Source of the DNA: Nitrospirales bacterium
GTDB taxonomy: Bacteria; Nitrospirota; Nitrospiria; Nitrospirales; UBA8639
Direction of reading: 5' to 3'
Assembly (NCBI GenBank): GCA_965203295.1
Contig: CBDBCZ010000019.1
Location: 1,088,001-1,152,000, forward strand
Length of the DNA: 64,000 nt
Positions 43,327-54,592 of the stretch are shown here, piece after piece (position 1 is the stretch's first letter; every line of letters starts with the position of its first letter). The translations under genes and the position numbers were made by a program. Under the pieces are notes generated by a model. That model did not search any database and was not told the DNA's origin. It was given only the letters and a program-made list of their open reading frames with translations.

Positions 43327-44208
43327 ATGCCATCTAATTTTCAAAGAATGAGTTGCTTTATCCAATTGTTTATCGTCCTTGTGTTCCTGGGGAGTCACAT
43401 TGGGTGTGCGGGTGTGAATTCAATGAATAATGACGTTTCAGTCTTTCCTCCTACTGCTCTTGTTCAGGGAAACCAGTTGTTTTATGAGGGAAAGCTAAAC
43501 GAAGCAGAAGCCATTTTTTCAGAAGCTCTGCAAGAAAATCTTGATCAGCCCAAAATCTTGAATGCGCGCGGCTATGTTTACGCTAAGCAAGGGGATTGGG
43601 ACAGGGCGATCAAAGACTTTGAACAGACTGTGAGGCTGTCTTCTCAAGATACGCAATATACAGAAAACCTTGGTATAGCCTATTTGCAAGCTGGATTTCC
43701 TGAAAAAGCTCTACACGAGTTTTCGCACGTTCTAGAACATTCGCCAGATTTACCACGGACATTGAATCACCGTGGTTTGGCCTTGAGTCAACTGGGAAGG
43801 CATCATGAAGCCATTCAAGATTTTTCACTAGCATTGCGGCACGACAATCAAAATGCCGAGATTTATCTCAACCGAGCTGTGGCATATGTGAAAATCGGTT
43901 TGCGAGCGAAGGCGAGAAAAAATCTGGATCAAGCGATTAGTCTTAATCGTTCACTGCCTCAAGCATATGAAAGTCGAGGGCTTCTGGCACTCATGGATGA
44001 AGAGATTCAGTTAGCAATAGAAGATTTCACAACGGCCATTAAGCTTGGCTCAGATGGAGGGTTGGTTCATTACAATCGAGGAGTCGCACTATCTATGGCA
44101 GGGGATGTCGCGAAAGCTAAAGAAGAATATCATCTAGCGTGTGAACGAAAGATTTTCCAAGCCTGTGGTAAATTTGTCAAGCCAACTCGAGTGCGTCAAT
44201 TATTGTAA
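43327..44208 (+). CDS. TPR-repeat (lipo)protein
   Basis: Repeated NRG/A..DF TPR units; C-terminal AC...AC. Confidence 0.88.
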   Translation: MPSNFQRMSCFIQLFIVLVFLGSHIGCAGVNSMNNDVSVFPPTALVQGNQLFYEGKLNEAEAIFSEALQENLDQPKILNARGYVYAKQGDWDRAIKDFEQTVRLSSQDTQYTENLGIAYLQAGFPEKALHEFSHVLEHSPDLPRTLNHRGLALSQLGRHHEAIQDFSLALRHDNQNAEIYLNRAVAYVKIGLRAKARKNLDQAISLNRSLPQAYESRGLLALMDEEIQLAIEDFTTAIKLGSDGGLVHYNRGVALSMAGDVAKAKEEYHLACERKIFQACGKFVKPTRVRQLL

Positions 44209-44221
44209 AGATAGGATAAAG

Positions 44222-44827
44222 TCATAAACAAAGCCCCTGCCTGGCCTCAAAACAACAACCTCGGCAGGGACTTATGATCCAAGAACGCGTGGGCTTCGTG
44301 CCCGAGCAATAGGTTTTTTCCCTGACAGGGTATCCCGCATTCTCAACGTCTGGTTGAGTCCCAATTTCAGCATTCCCTGTCTTCCAAACGTGAAGGCAAC
44401 GCGCCTTAATATAGGGTAGCGTTTGGGATCCTCCTAAAGAAGCCATTGATTGGGTCCCTTGCATCTTCCCGACAACAAGGAATTTATTCCCATTCAAACT
44501 CCCCTCTGGCTCTAGTTTGCCAGGATAAAAGACGGCAAATCGGCCCTTGCTTCCTATAACAGTATCAGTCGGCCCATCGTATTCATTCTTGGGATATGGC
44601 AACCATTCAGCGGTGACAATGGTTCCTTCAGCTGTAGTCTCGACCCCAACTATACGTCCTGCAAGTTTAATCGCTCGACCTTGATACACATCAGGTTGTG
44701 CGGTTAAAACGCCAAATTCTGATTCTGACTTCAAAGCGTGACTTCCATTGGGAAGAGGAGATGTTGAGGCACATCCCATCAGGAATATTAGCAACCCCGC
44801 GGCGGATAGAATCATTATGTTTCTCAT
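44222..44827 (-). CDS. Slp-family outer-membrane lipoprotein
   Basis: LMGC lipobox, GRF, CLHVW; the 3' end may read through a hairpin at 44222-44278. Confidence 0.7.
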   Translation of the reverse strand: MRNIMILSAAGLLIFLMGCASTSPLPNGSHALKSESEFGVLTAQPDVYQGRAIKLAGRIVGVETTAEGTIVTAEWLPYPKNEYDGPTDTVIGSKGRFAVFYPGKLEPEGSLNGNKFLVVGKMQGTQSMASLGGSQTLPYIKARCLHVWKTGNAEIGTQPDVENAGYPVREKTYCSGTKPTRSWIISPCRGCCFEARQGLCL

Positions 44828-45037
44828 GATTCACCTCCTTAGTTTATAAATCTATTATTCTACCATCATTCTAATTAACCTACCTATAATATTCAATTAA
44901 CATTCACGTAACATTGAAAAATTTCATAATTGTGAAAAATTCGCACACTCGGATGCCCCAGCTCACAGTTTGGTTAATGCATAAACTTGGTGAAAGGAAA
45001 TGTGAGGATTAAAGAGATAAAGGGGTCAGAAAACAGG

Positions 45038-45937
45038 GGGGTTAAATCTTGCAATCATGCATAAAGCTGTTCTGCGTCTTTGAGTTGACGACTTATCGTG
45101 GCATAGTGACATCCCAACTCCTCAGCAATTTCTCGTAGTCGGTAGCCATAACGCCGGTATGCCTGCCATATCAATCGCTCACGGGGCAGGCGACGGGCCA
45201 TGAGAGTGGTCAAGGAGGGCCGCTGAGCCTGCATCTGACGACGAGGGATTTCTCGAAGGACTCGGTCTGGTTGATGCTTGGCCACAAATGCCTCGCTGCC
45301 TAAATAAATTTGACCTCGCACCTGCTCCCATGGACCAGACGCTCCTCGTCCCTCGCCCACGAACTCTTGATACGCTCGCTGAGTTTCGCGTTGTCGGCGG
45401 GCGAATTGGGCTAAGAGCCAGTCAATGGTCAGATAAGTAGGGACTAGACTGAGGCCGGCTGTCGCGCGATAACTGCTCCACCGCCAGTGTTTTGGCTGTG
45501 AGACCAGTTTGACGCGCACTGGGTTAAGCACCACGTAGCGGCAGAGTTCCAATAAACGGACGTCTTTCTCGACCAGAATCGCTTTGAAGCGGCCGGGAAA
45601 GAGATGGCCGACGCGGTGATACCGCCGATTGAATGCTTGTGTGTAGACGCCATTGAGCTAGCGCATGCCCAGAGAGAGGTTGGGGTGGGGAGTCTCGATG
45701 AGCAGGTGGTAATGATTGTCCAGTAAGCAGTAGGCATGGAAGAGCCAGCCATATCGATCGCTCACCTGAGCGAGGGTCTTAAGAAACTAAAGACGGTCTT
45801 GGTCATTCCGGACGATTTTTTGTCTGGCATTCCCTCGACCAGTAATGTGATAGAAAGCGTGAGCAAAGGCGAGGAGCAATGGACGAGCCATGAGTCAAGG
45901 CTAGCATAACAGATATGTGATTGCAAGACCTGACCCC
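45038..45937 (-). mobile_element. HUH/Y1 (RAYT-like) transposase pseudogene 45055-45891 bounded by 20-bp inverted repeats
   Basis: MARPL...YHITGRGN...AYCLLDNHYHLL (HUH)...GHLFPGRFKAILV...YVVLNPVR...WSSY plus C-terminal HTH; TAG at 45787-45789 and 45658-45660; IRs 45038-45057 and 45918-45937. Confidence 0.9.
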
Positions 45938-45969
45938 TCATTTGCTCAGTTGGTGGTCTCTTTAGATCG

Positions 45970-46703
45970 TTAATCCTTTGGTTTTGTCTTCACATATACA
46001 ATCAGCACGTAAAGCAGTATGCATAAATAAGTCAACCCAAATAAGAGAATGATGGATGGTATGGTTTTGGGAGGCCAGCTAAGAAAAAAAGCTGGAATTA
46101 TCACTGACAGGCCCGCAGCTATAATCGAGGCAAACCAAGTTTTCGAAAACCTCCACGCTGAAAATCTTCTTTCGCCTGCTGTTCTTTTTTGGCCTGCTCT
46201 TTTTGGTCGGACTCTTGTCTTTGTCGCTTTCTTAAAACCTTCAGAACTTGAGGCCATCCCACGGCTCCTGCCACCAAGTGCGCAAAGATGCTTCGCCTTG
46301 GTTTGATTTTTTGCCGTATGCCACTTTTTTCTCGTTCCTCAGTATCGTGTGAACCCTCATGACGATAGGCTTTTAAAGGATCAGGACATGCCCAAAGGAA
46401 AATCCTGATGGCAAGAAGCGCGATGAAAGAAATAAGAAGGAAAACGGATATTGCCAATTGCCTTTCCCGGTTCTTTAAATAGGTGACTTTCTCAACCATT
46501 GCATTTTTTGAGGCCATTTCTCTAGACGCACTTACCCGGCCTTTCTCCTTCTCATGCCCATCGATAAGCGGCGCACTTTGATGAACTATGACCTGCCGAG
46601 ACAAAATATCGATTTGATTCCCATGCCACTGATTCATTGAGACTAGATAAGCTCCTAGACCTACCACAACGATCAAGAGCGTGAACTGAAAATTATCCAG
46701 CAT
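45970..46703 (-). pseudogene. Unknown multi-TM protein, probably one frameshifted gene
   Basis: Two overlapping ORFs with two hydrophobic helices each, joinable near 46135 (RKLG-FASIIAAGL). Confidence 0.45.
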
Positions 46704-46776
46704 TCATGTGCTCGCAGTTTGGTTTACTGAGGGCCAGATTGGTTGATGCATTCCATCCTACGATCATTTTGATTAA

Positions 46777-48185
46777 TTAGGCCTTTTCACTACTTTCCCT
46801 AAGCTCCTTATGATTTTGAATCTGTTCGACGATGGATTCTGCAGGATAGGTCACGATTTCAGCGAGAGTGGGGTGGTAATGCGGCATGGCAAGTAGGTCG
46901 CGGACGGTATCGTGGTAATACATCACGGCGATGAGTTCATGGATCAATTCCGCGGCTTCAGGTCCAACAATGTGGGCTCCCAGAAGTTTCCCGGTTGTTG
47001 GCTCAGCCAAGAGTTTGACATGACCATGAGTCTCACCGAAGGTGAGCGATTTCCCATGATCATTAAAGGGATAACTGGCCTTCACAAAAGGGATGCTCAA
47101 AGTATGACATTCTTTTTCACTCAACCCGACGCTGGCCACCTGAGGATCTGTAAAGACCACTTGGGTTTTAAGACGATCATCTTGGCGACGAGGTGACTGG
47201 TCACAGTGAGCGGCATTCCAACCAGCAATTTCTCCCTGTTGAATGGCAATGTGAACAATTTCATGAAGTCCATTGACATCACCGACCGCGAAAATGCGTG
47301 GTTGATTCGTCTGCATGGTTTCATCAACCAGAATTTTGCCTTTTCCTATTTCAATTTCCGCAGCCTTGAGGTTTAGGCATTCAATGTTGGTATGTCGACT
47401 CAGAGCCTGGAGAATAACTTCGCCGGAGACCGTTTTTTCTTGTCCTTCGTGTTTAAAGTGGGCGGCTTTCAATTCACCATCCTGGGTAAATCGAGTGAGC
47501 TGGGTGTTGGTGTAGACCGCCATCCCTTCTTCAAGAAATCGGTGCTCGACGGCTTGGGCTAGATCTTCGTCCCCCTGTGACAAGATATGCGCGCTGCGTT
47601 GGATCAAGGTGATCTTGGTGCCGATCCTTGAAAAGAATTGTGCAAGCTCGACGGCGACGGGCCCCCCTCCGAGAACCAACATCGAATAGGGTAGTTTCTG
47701 GAGTTCCAGTGCTTCGTCGCTGGTTATGTATCCAATCTCTTCCAACCCAGGGATGGGAACCCTGCTGACAGCTGATCCAGTGGAGATGATGAACGCTTTC
47801 GCCGAAAGTCGTTTTGCCCCTGCCTGGACCTCATGGGGAGAAAGAAATGATGCGCGTTCCTCATAGAGGGTAAAACGAAGTTCTTTCAGCGCTTTGATTC
47901 GGTCGTCAGCAAACTCACCAATCAGTTGAGTCTTTCGCTTAATAATAGCGGAGAGGTTTGCCTTCGCTGCTACGGGGTAAAGGCCGAATTCCTCGGCCCG
48001 TTTCATGAGAGAAATGACATCGGACGAGCGCAGAATGGTTTTGGTGGGCATGCAACCGCGCAGGATACATAGGCCACCTAAAGGGCCCTGGTCGATAATG
48101 CCGACGCTTGCGCCTTCGTTTCTGGCGGTTCTGGCTGCAGAATAGCCTGCTGGACTCCACCAATAATCAATATGTCATGAGTCAT
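46777..48185 (-). pseudogene. Dihydrolipoamide-dehydrogenase-like FAD oxidoreductase with 5' frameshift
   Basis: MTHDILIIGG / PAGYSAA...GGLCILRGCMPTK; 1-nt deletion near 48155 in the FAD GxGxxG motif; HYHPTLAE. Confidence 0.85.
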
Positions 48186-48297
48186 AACAGCACGTCTATC
48201 CAAAAGATTGTGGATTTAGTATGGCATCGTGGATGTGATTAGGTCTACAATAATGTGGTGATATTACCACAGTAGAATTTTGAGGAGAAAAGAAGGC

Positions 48298-48702
48298 ATG
48301 ATGAACGTGCTGTATAAGGATATGATCTTGCTTGGCATGATTTTAGTGTTAGGGGGCTGCGCCACAGCAACAGGTCCATTAGCAACATTGCCGACACAAA
48401 ACCCAGAGGCTGCTCAACACAACCTGGCCGGAATTAAAGAATACAACAATGGCCAGTGGGAAGATGCCAAGAGAAATTTTGAGTTGGCCATTCAAGCAGA
48501 TCCAAATCTGCCTGAAGTCCATTTTAATTTGGCTTTAGCTCTTCATAAACTAGACAAGCATGAGGAAGCGACCCAACACTTCACACGAGCAGGTGAATTA
48601 GCTCCTGATAATAAAGAGATCGTGGATTCATCACTCTATCGAAACCACCTGGGCATCTCTTCCACTGCTGAGAAACACATCAGTGGGGGATATCGGTATT
48701 AG
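48298..48702 (+). CDS. TPR lipoprotein
   Basis: LGGC lipobox and two TPR units. Confidence 0.85.
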   Translation: MMNVLYKDMILLGMILVLGGCATATGPLATLPTQNPEAAQHNLAGIKEYNNGQWEDAKRNFELAIQADPNLPEVHFNLALALHKLDKHEEATQHFTRAGELAPDNKEIVDSSLYRNHLGISSTAEKHISGGYRY

Positions 48703-48798
48703 TGTTGCTCTAGAGAAGTTGTTCCGTTCCCCTACATTCCGCCAGTGCTCACCAAAGCCCTTGAAGGCCAGTGACCTCTCAACAAAGTGCTCTCTTAA

Positions 48799-49895
48799 TC
48801 AATAAACAATCATTTCCATAAAGGCTACCAGACCGATTCGTTTACCCTCCTCCGTTTCGACATTGACCTGCCATTCACAGGCATCACACGTTGTTTGAAT
48901 GTGTAGCTCCGGTACCCTTTTTCACGACCACCCGAAATGTTAATTGGGATGCGGTCGGTTGTTTCAAAGGGCCGTTCCATCTGTTCGTAATCTGATTGGA
49001 AAGGACGGTATTGCCAGTGATGGTAAATCGTGGTTTTCAAGCTCACCGGAGCAAAAACGGCGGTGAAACAGTAGGCAGGCCCCTCTCCTAGAAAAGGATC
49101 ATCGGAGTCTTGCCAGAACTGGTACCAGCTTCCCTTCTCAAACGTGAGGTGATAGACCCCCTTGGTTTTTTCAACCTTGTGATAGATTCCCCTATGCTTC
49201 AAAGAGAACGGAACGGGGGGAATCCAATTCAGAAAGTAGAAACTTACCATCACCACGACTAGCACGATGGCTGGTGAACTGGTGAAAAGTGGGCTCCACT
49301 TTGATTGATTGGGAATGCCGTGGAACGTGATGTAGGCAACTCGTATGATGACCGCAGTACTGAGGGCTGCCCCCAGTAAAAATACGATGGTATTCATCCA
49401 ACCGGTCAAGACCGGAAGGAAAAAAGTAAAAAAGCTGAACGTGACCATCGCATAAAGGGTGACGAGAAGCTTGAAGCTCGATAGGCGATTACGGAGAAAT
49501 TCGTTAGCGACGAGCAATAGAACAATGACTCCCAAAAAAATGGCAGAGGTATCGAAAGAAGCATTTTGGAAATAGACGATGGCATAAGCACTGAATAAAC
49601 CACCGAATAAAAATTGGAGTGCCATCACGTAGTAGGGTTGGAAGCGATGGAGGAGATTGGGAAAAGCCCACCGTTTGCCTGGGATAGGTTTGGGACCCAT
49701 CCCCATTTGGGTTCGGCCGGTCAGGATGATGAGTGTCCCGAGCAAGCTGACGTATAACAACAAGACAAGATTGTCCAATAGGCTATCAATTCGTGTCAAT
49801 GTCAGGCTGTCGTAGGTGACACCAGCGAAAAAGAAAATAACAGGAACAAACGGTTTGGCCAAAGAGATATGGGATTTTGTGATCGGCAACTTCAT
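48799..49895 (-). pseudogene. DUF2914-like membrane protein with 3' frameshift
   Basis: IPPVPFSL, FTAVFAP, GGREKGYRSY; 1-nt deletion near 48878 breaks MPGEWQVNVETEEG. Confidence 0.75.
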
Positions 49896-49964
49896 AGATA
49901 ATGAAGAGTCTCAGTCGGATGAAAAATTGAGAGCGCTGTTATGTTCACCAGAATCGATGTGTGA

Positions 49965-50858
49965 TCAGAAAGTCGATTCATCATGGTCAATCTCTTCTTT
50001 CTTCCATTGTTTACGAATAGCGGTCGTCCGTTTGCGCTGTTTCTTGAACGTGTAAAAGACAAGCAGGGTAATGACTAACCACAGCATTGCAGAGTTCGTC
50101 GCAACAGGGATCCACCGGTTCCAGAGGGTCTGTCGATTCCAAAATTGTTCTTGAGCGCGATGAAGAGTCATAAAAGCGGTTTTTGCAAAGGCTTCGTGAA
50201 ACGGCATACCTTTCGCAATGAGCGCAAGGATGTGCTGAGGGAAATCAGGGCCGGTTTGTTCAAGAAGATCCGACGTGAAGGCGTGCGCGAGGACATAGGC
50301 GCGCCGGGCAGAGGCTCCATCTTTCAGAAACAATTCATTCAGCTCATCGAGCGAAATCTGGGTGTCTGATACCATGGCCCAAACAAGCCGAGCTCGGTCT
50401 TCGAGATCCCACGTACGTGCGGCGATCATGGCCAAACCCTCATCAAACCATCGGGGTACATGGTGTTCACCGGCTGCCCGGTGAGTCAAAATATGCCTTA
50501 TTTCATGGAAAAGAACACCTTCGATCGAATCATAGGGGTAGTTGGCGACGCGGTCAGTGAGCAGCACAATGGTGGAAGCCTGACTCAGCGCATAACCCGA
50601 AGCCCAAGCTGGCGCTTGCAGCGCGAGGCTGGATCCGTCTTGCGCAAGGATCACACGAATGGGTGGGCCGGGATGTTTGAGGCCAACCAAGTCCATCGTA
50701 GCAAGAAAAATCTGTGGATCTACTCCCCGGAGGCGTTTGGCTATAGGCTGCAATGATTCTGGTGATTCAATGATGAGCTGAGGGGCGGTGATCCCCATGA
50801 GGATGTTCGGATTTGCCAGCATCAAGGCTGTCATTAGGATGGTACCCTGTATTCTCAT
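49965..50858 (-). CDS. Peptidase MA-like metalloprotein
   Basis: HEIRH (HExxH), PRWFDEGLA; start uncertain. Confidence 0.75.
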   Translation of the reverse strand: MRIQGTILMTALMLANPNILMGITAPQLIIESPESLQPIAKRLRGVDPQIFLATMDLVGLKHPGPPIRVILAQDGSSLALQAPAWASGYALSQASTIVLLTDRVANYPYDSIEGVLFHEIRHILTHRAAGEHHVPRWFDEGLAMIAARTWDLEDRARLVWAMVSDTQISLDELNELFLKDGASARRAYVLAHAFTSDLLEQTGPDFPQHILALIAKGMPFHEAFAKTAFMTLHRAQEQFWNRQTLWNRWIPVATNSAMLWLVITLLVFYTFKKQRKRTTAIRKQWKKEEIDHDESTF

Positions 50859-51010
50859 CCTTCGAAGGACTGTTGGGAGAGATCGCCGGTGACTCCTCCT
50901 GTCTTGCCCAATCCAGTATTGGGCCAATCTTTCGTTTTCTTGGTCGACTCTTCTTGGGTCCAATTGGTTCACTGTAGTCTTACGCCAAAGGTTGCAAGGT
51001 TACAGGGAAA

Positions 51011-51469
51011 ATGTCTCAATTGGAATCTCTCTCACACCCACTCCGATCTTATCTCCTGGTTTTGGTTCAATTTTGCTGTCTGGTAGGTCTTGTGTTTACT
51101 GGTCCTTGGATCGCTCATCGTGTGGAATATTTGATGCTAGAAGCCGGGGGAATTCTCTTGGGAGTCTGGGTCCTGTGGACGATGCGTTTATCTCGACTCC
51201 ATATTCTACCGGATGTCACCGCAGGAAGCTCATTAATCACTGATGGCCCGTATCGGTTCATTCGTCATCCTATGTATACAGCAGTCCTTCTGGTGTTTCT
51301 TACCCTCGCGTTGAATTCTTTCACGTGGTGGCGGGGTGTGCTTTGGATTGTCCTTCTGGTTGATTTGGTCATGAAGCTGACTTATGAAGAGCATCTCTTG
51401 GTTCAGCAATTTAAGGAATATCGTGATTATCAAAATCAAACGAAACGTCTTGTCCCGGGAGTGTATTAA
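51011..51469 (+). CDS. ICMT/PEMT-family membrane methyltransferase
   Basis: LITDGPYRFIRHPMY, EE..L...F..Y..Y. Confidence 0.9.
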   Translation: MSQLESLSHPLRSYLLVLVQFCCLVGLVFTGPWIAHRVEYLMLEAGGILLGVWVLWTMRLSRLHILPDVTAGSSLITDGPYRFIRHPMYTAVLLVFLTLALNSFTWWRGVLWIVLLVDLVMKLTYEEHLLVQQFKEYRDYQNQTKRLVPGVY

Positions 51470-51561
51470 CTTTGAGAGGGTAATGCACAAGAAGCGAAAG
51501 GGCTGAGGTGCTACCACGAGAGCAAGAGCAAAACACCACTGAGGGCTCTTTCAACATCTCG

Positions 51562-52875
51562 CTAAGGAATTTCTAACCGCTTAAGTCGAATTCGAGCATC
51601 CGCAGCCTCTGCAAAATCCTTTTTCAAACACAAGGCACTTCTGAAGGCATCGCTGGCCTTGTTGTGGTTTCCCTGTTCTTCACGGACGACTCCTAGGTGA
51701 TAGAGTACCTCAGGTATTTCTGGGTCTTGGGCTGAGGCTTGTTGAAGCATGGTTGCAGCTTCGGTGAGTTCCCCGCGAGCACGATGGACCCATCCCAACG
51801 TATCGAGAAAGGCAGTTGTGTGTGGGGAAAGTTCCACGGCTTTTTTGGCCCACCCAAGGGCTTCATCGAGGCGTGTTTGTTCTTGCGCAGATATCCATGC
51901 CAAATTGTTATAGGCAATGGATTGTTTGGGATCCAGATTAATGGCAGAATGAAATGCTTTCACGGCTTCGTCTAATCGATGGTTCCGCTCGTGAAGAAGT
52001 CGAACTTTTACGTAGACTGAACCAGAAGAGGGAATGATATTCAACGCCGATTGATAGTCTTCAAGCGCTAGCCTGTCATCTTCTTCAATGACATACACAT
52101 CTCCGCGGTACACGTAGGCCTGAAAAAAATGAGGTTTAGCTTCAAGCGCCTTTGAAAAGTTTTTGATGGCCTGTGGGTATTTTTTCTGTACAGCCATCAG
52201 GCGGCCTAGTGAATGAAAGGGGAGAGGATTTGAAGGGCTCAATCGACTGGCTTGCTCAAAAGCCATCTCAGCCTGTTCAAGTTCTCCGATCGTGACAAAG
52301 GCCGTTCCCAGACTATAGTAGAGTTCGCCCTGAGAAGGATCGAGTTGCACTGCGGTTTGGTAGATCGCGATGGCTTTGTGTGGTTGACCCAATGAGCGCA
52401 GGTACACATCTCCCAAATCCTGATAGAGACTGATGAGTTTGGGTTCTAACTCGATTCCCTTTCGAAAGACGAGTTCCGCTTCAAGGAGTTGTCCACGTGT
52501 GATCAAATACCGTCCCCAGATTTGCTGAAGGGCGGCGTTTTGTGGCGCGACTGCGAGAGCCTGCTTCAGCCGGTTTTCGACTTGGGAGGCATCCCGTCGT
52601 TTCATGGCAATTTCGGCTAATCCGATTAAAGCTCCTACATGATGAGGGAAATCCACCAAGACTTTTTCGAAGACTTTTTCGGCCTCCCATAAGTCTTCAT
52701 TGGCAAGAGCCTCCATGCCTTGTCGATACTCGGCATTCCCAGGAAGTTGTCTGTGTTGGTCGTGAGGTGTTCGGATGGTTGAGGCCTCAGGAACGGAAGG
52801 AACTAGTATGCCAAGGAATAATCCAAGGACAGAGCACAAAGCGGTTTGATTTCTCAATGACAAGGGAGAACCCAC
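51562..52875 (-). CDS. TPR-repeat protein
   Basis: Many TPRs; NNLAW, DTLGW, YHLG C-terminal motifs. Confidence 0.88.
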   Translation of the reverse strand: MGSPLSLRNQTALCSVLGLFLGILVPSVPEASTIRTPHDQHRQLPGNAEYRQGMEALANEDLWEAEKVFEKVLVDFPHHVGALIGLAEIAMKRRDASQVENRLKQALAVAPQNAALQQIWGRYLITRGQLLEAELVFRKGIELEPKLISLYQDLGDVYLRSLGQPHKAIAIYQTAVQLDPSQGELYYSLGTAFVTIGELEQAEMAFEQASRLSPSNPLPFHSLGRLMAVQKKYPQAIKNFSKALEAKPHFFQAYVYRGDVYVIEEDDRLALEDYQSALNIIPSSGSVYVKVRLLHERNHRLDEAVKAFHSAINLDPKQSIAYNNLAWISAQEQTRLDEALGWAKKAVELSPHTTAFLDTLGWVHRARGELTEAATMLQQASAQDPEIPEVLYHLGVVREEQGNHNKASDAFRSALCLKKDFAEAADARIRLKRLEIP

Positions 52876-52995
52876 GTAAGAAAGTCTTCTTGTAAAAGTG
52901 TACGAGAAGATTCCCTTTTCTTCAATGCTTGAAACAAAGCTTGGATTAAAACCTATTGCATACCAAGAGGAAATCTTCCATCCTTTGAGGGTGTC

Positions 52996-53612
52996 ATGAT
53001 TTACTTTAAGATCAGACCTGACAAATTCTTTTTGGCCATCGTGGATGAGGCCCTTCGGTATGGGTTATCCGAGGCTCATTTCATGAGTCAGGAGGAGGAC
53101 GTGGAGACATGGGAAGGGGTTTTCCCGTCGAGCGCGTGTCGTTTCTCACCAAGTACGGCAGTCGTGGCGTTGAAGCAACTGATTATGGCTGTCAATGATT
53201 CTCGGGTGTTCCTGATTCCGGATTCTCATTGGTTGCTTCTGTACGAATGTTTAAAAGCCTTTTGTAGCGATCATGATGATCTTCTAGAAAATGATCCTGA
53301 ACAGAGAATCTTGGTAGGTTCCTTTCGAATGGGAATCCTGAATTGTGAAGCCATGGTTAGTTTGTATTATTGGGATACGGATTTTTTAATATAGATCCGA
53401 GGGCAGAGAACGGATTAAGTCAAGACGCCTGCGAATGTTTAGAGGGGAGTTGGAATGAATACGAAGAGAAAGAAAATGTCTCTTTCGATCTTTCGAAATT
53501 TCAAGTAGTGCAGGAAGTGGCTTGGCGTGAAGGAGAACCTGAGGGATATTTCGATTACGGATCTGGCAGGTATCCCTGGCTTGATGATGGGCACGATGGA
53601 GAGATCTTGTAG
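52996..53612 (+). pseudogene. Acidic hypothetical protein split in a T run
   Basis: ORFs 52996-53394 and 53370-53612 switch frame at the T6 near 53382. Confidence 0.5.
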
Positions 53613-53647
53613 CCATGCCCTCGATATCATGTTGCCATCAGGGAAGC

Positions 53648-53677
53648 TTGACATACGATTTGCATGAAAACTATTTT
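53648..53677 (+). promoter_or_regulatory. sigma70-type promoter
   Basis: TTGACA, 18 nt, TATTTT upstream of marR. Confidence 0.5.
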
Positions 53678-53717
53678 AGTTAGAACAAAGCTGATTAAAT
53701 GATCGTCCATTCTTCAC

Positions 53718-54209
53718 GTGCCTACGACTAAACCCCTCACTGGTTTCTCGAAAGACCCCTACTTAAAACTCGTCCGACCACTGGTTGAGGCCTTCCTGGC
53801 CTTTATACGCGTAGGAAATCGTCATATTGAGTCCATGGGATTGACTTCTGCTCAATTCGATGTGATCGTGGAATTGGGGGAGACGGACGGATTAACCTGC
53901 GCTGAATTATCCAATAGTACATTGATCACCAAAGGGACCTTAACGGGTGTTTTGGACCGATTGGTGCGGAAGGAGTTGGTCCGACGAGATGACGTGGAAG
54001 GAGACAGACGGGCTATTAAGGTCCGGTTGACGAAAAAAGGTGAAGCCCTGTTTCGAAAGGTGTTCCCTGCTCATGCAGATTTTCTCAGGCCAATTTTCAA
54101 ACGGGTTTTTTCTCCGAATGAGGTCGAAAAGCTACGGACTGAATTATTCAAACTTCGGGAAGCATTTGAAACAGAATCGGAAGACATTGTGAAAAAGGGA
54201 GGGCAGTAA
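53718..54209 (+). CDS. MarR-family regulator
   Basis: GLTSAQFDVI, TKGTLTGVLDRL, DRR...LTKKG. Confidence 0.92.
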   Translation: MPTTKPLTGFSKDPYLKLVRPLVEAFLAFIRVGNRHIESMGLTSAQFDVIVELGETDGLTCAELSNSTLITKGTLTGVLDRLVRKELVRRDDVEGDRRAIKVRLTKKGEALFRKVFPAHADFLRPIFKRVFSPNEVEKLRTELFKLREAFETESEDIVKKGGQ

Positions 54210-54532
54210 TGGACAAATCTGCGGAAACCCAGTACCCCATTCATAACATTCTTCGCCAATGATGGAGTCCACGGGCTTTTGCAGAGCATCTGGTAGAACC
54301 AGAGCAATTGATGTGTTTATTAGAGGCCGCCCGGTGGGCCCCATCATGTTTCAATGAACAGCCGTGGAGTTTTATCCTAGCTACGAAAAATGATGAAGCA
54401 GAGTATGCGAAGCTACTCAGTTGCCTTGTTGAGAGGAATCAAGCATGGGCCTGTCAGGCGCCGGTGTTGTCGGTGACGGTGGCAAAGGGGGCATTTGATC
54501 ATAGTGGCCACGCAGAGCTATTCAAGGCATGA
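54209..54532 (+). pseudogene. Nitroreductase with nonsense codon and 3' deletion
   Basis: IHNILRQ*WSPRAF (TGA 54260-54262), EAARWAPSCFNEQPW; C-terminal half absent. Confidence 0.85.
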
Positions 54533-54592
54533 GTGAGAGAGAAAAGATGGGAGATGATGAATGAAGGGTCGACTTTCTTAATGGGTTGAGTC

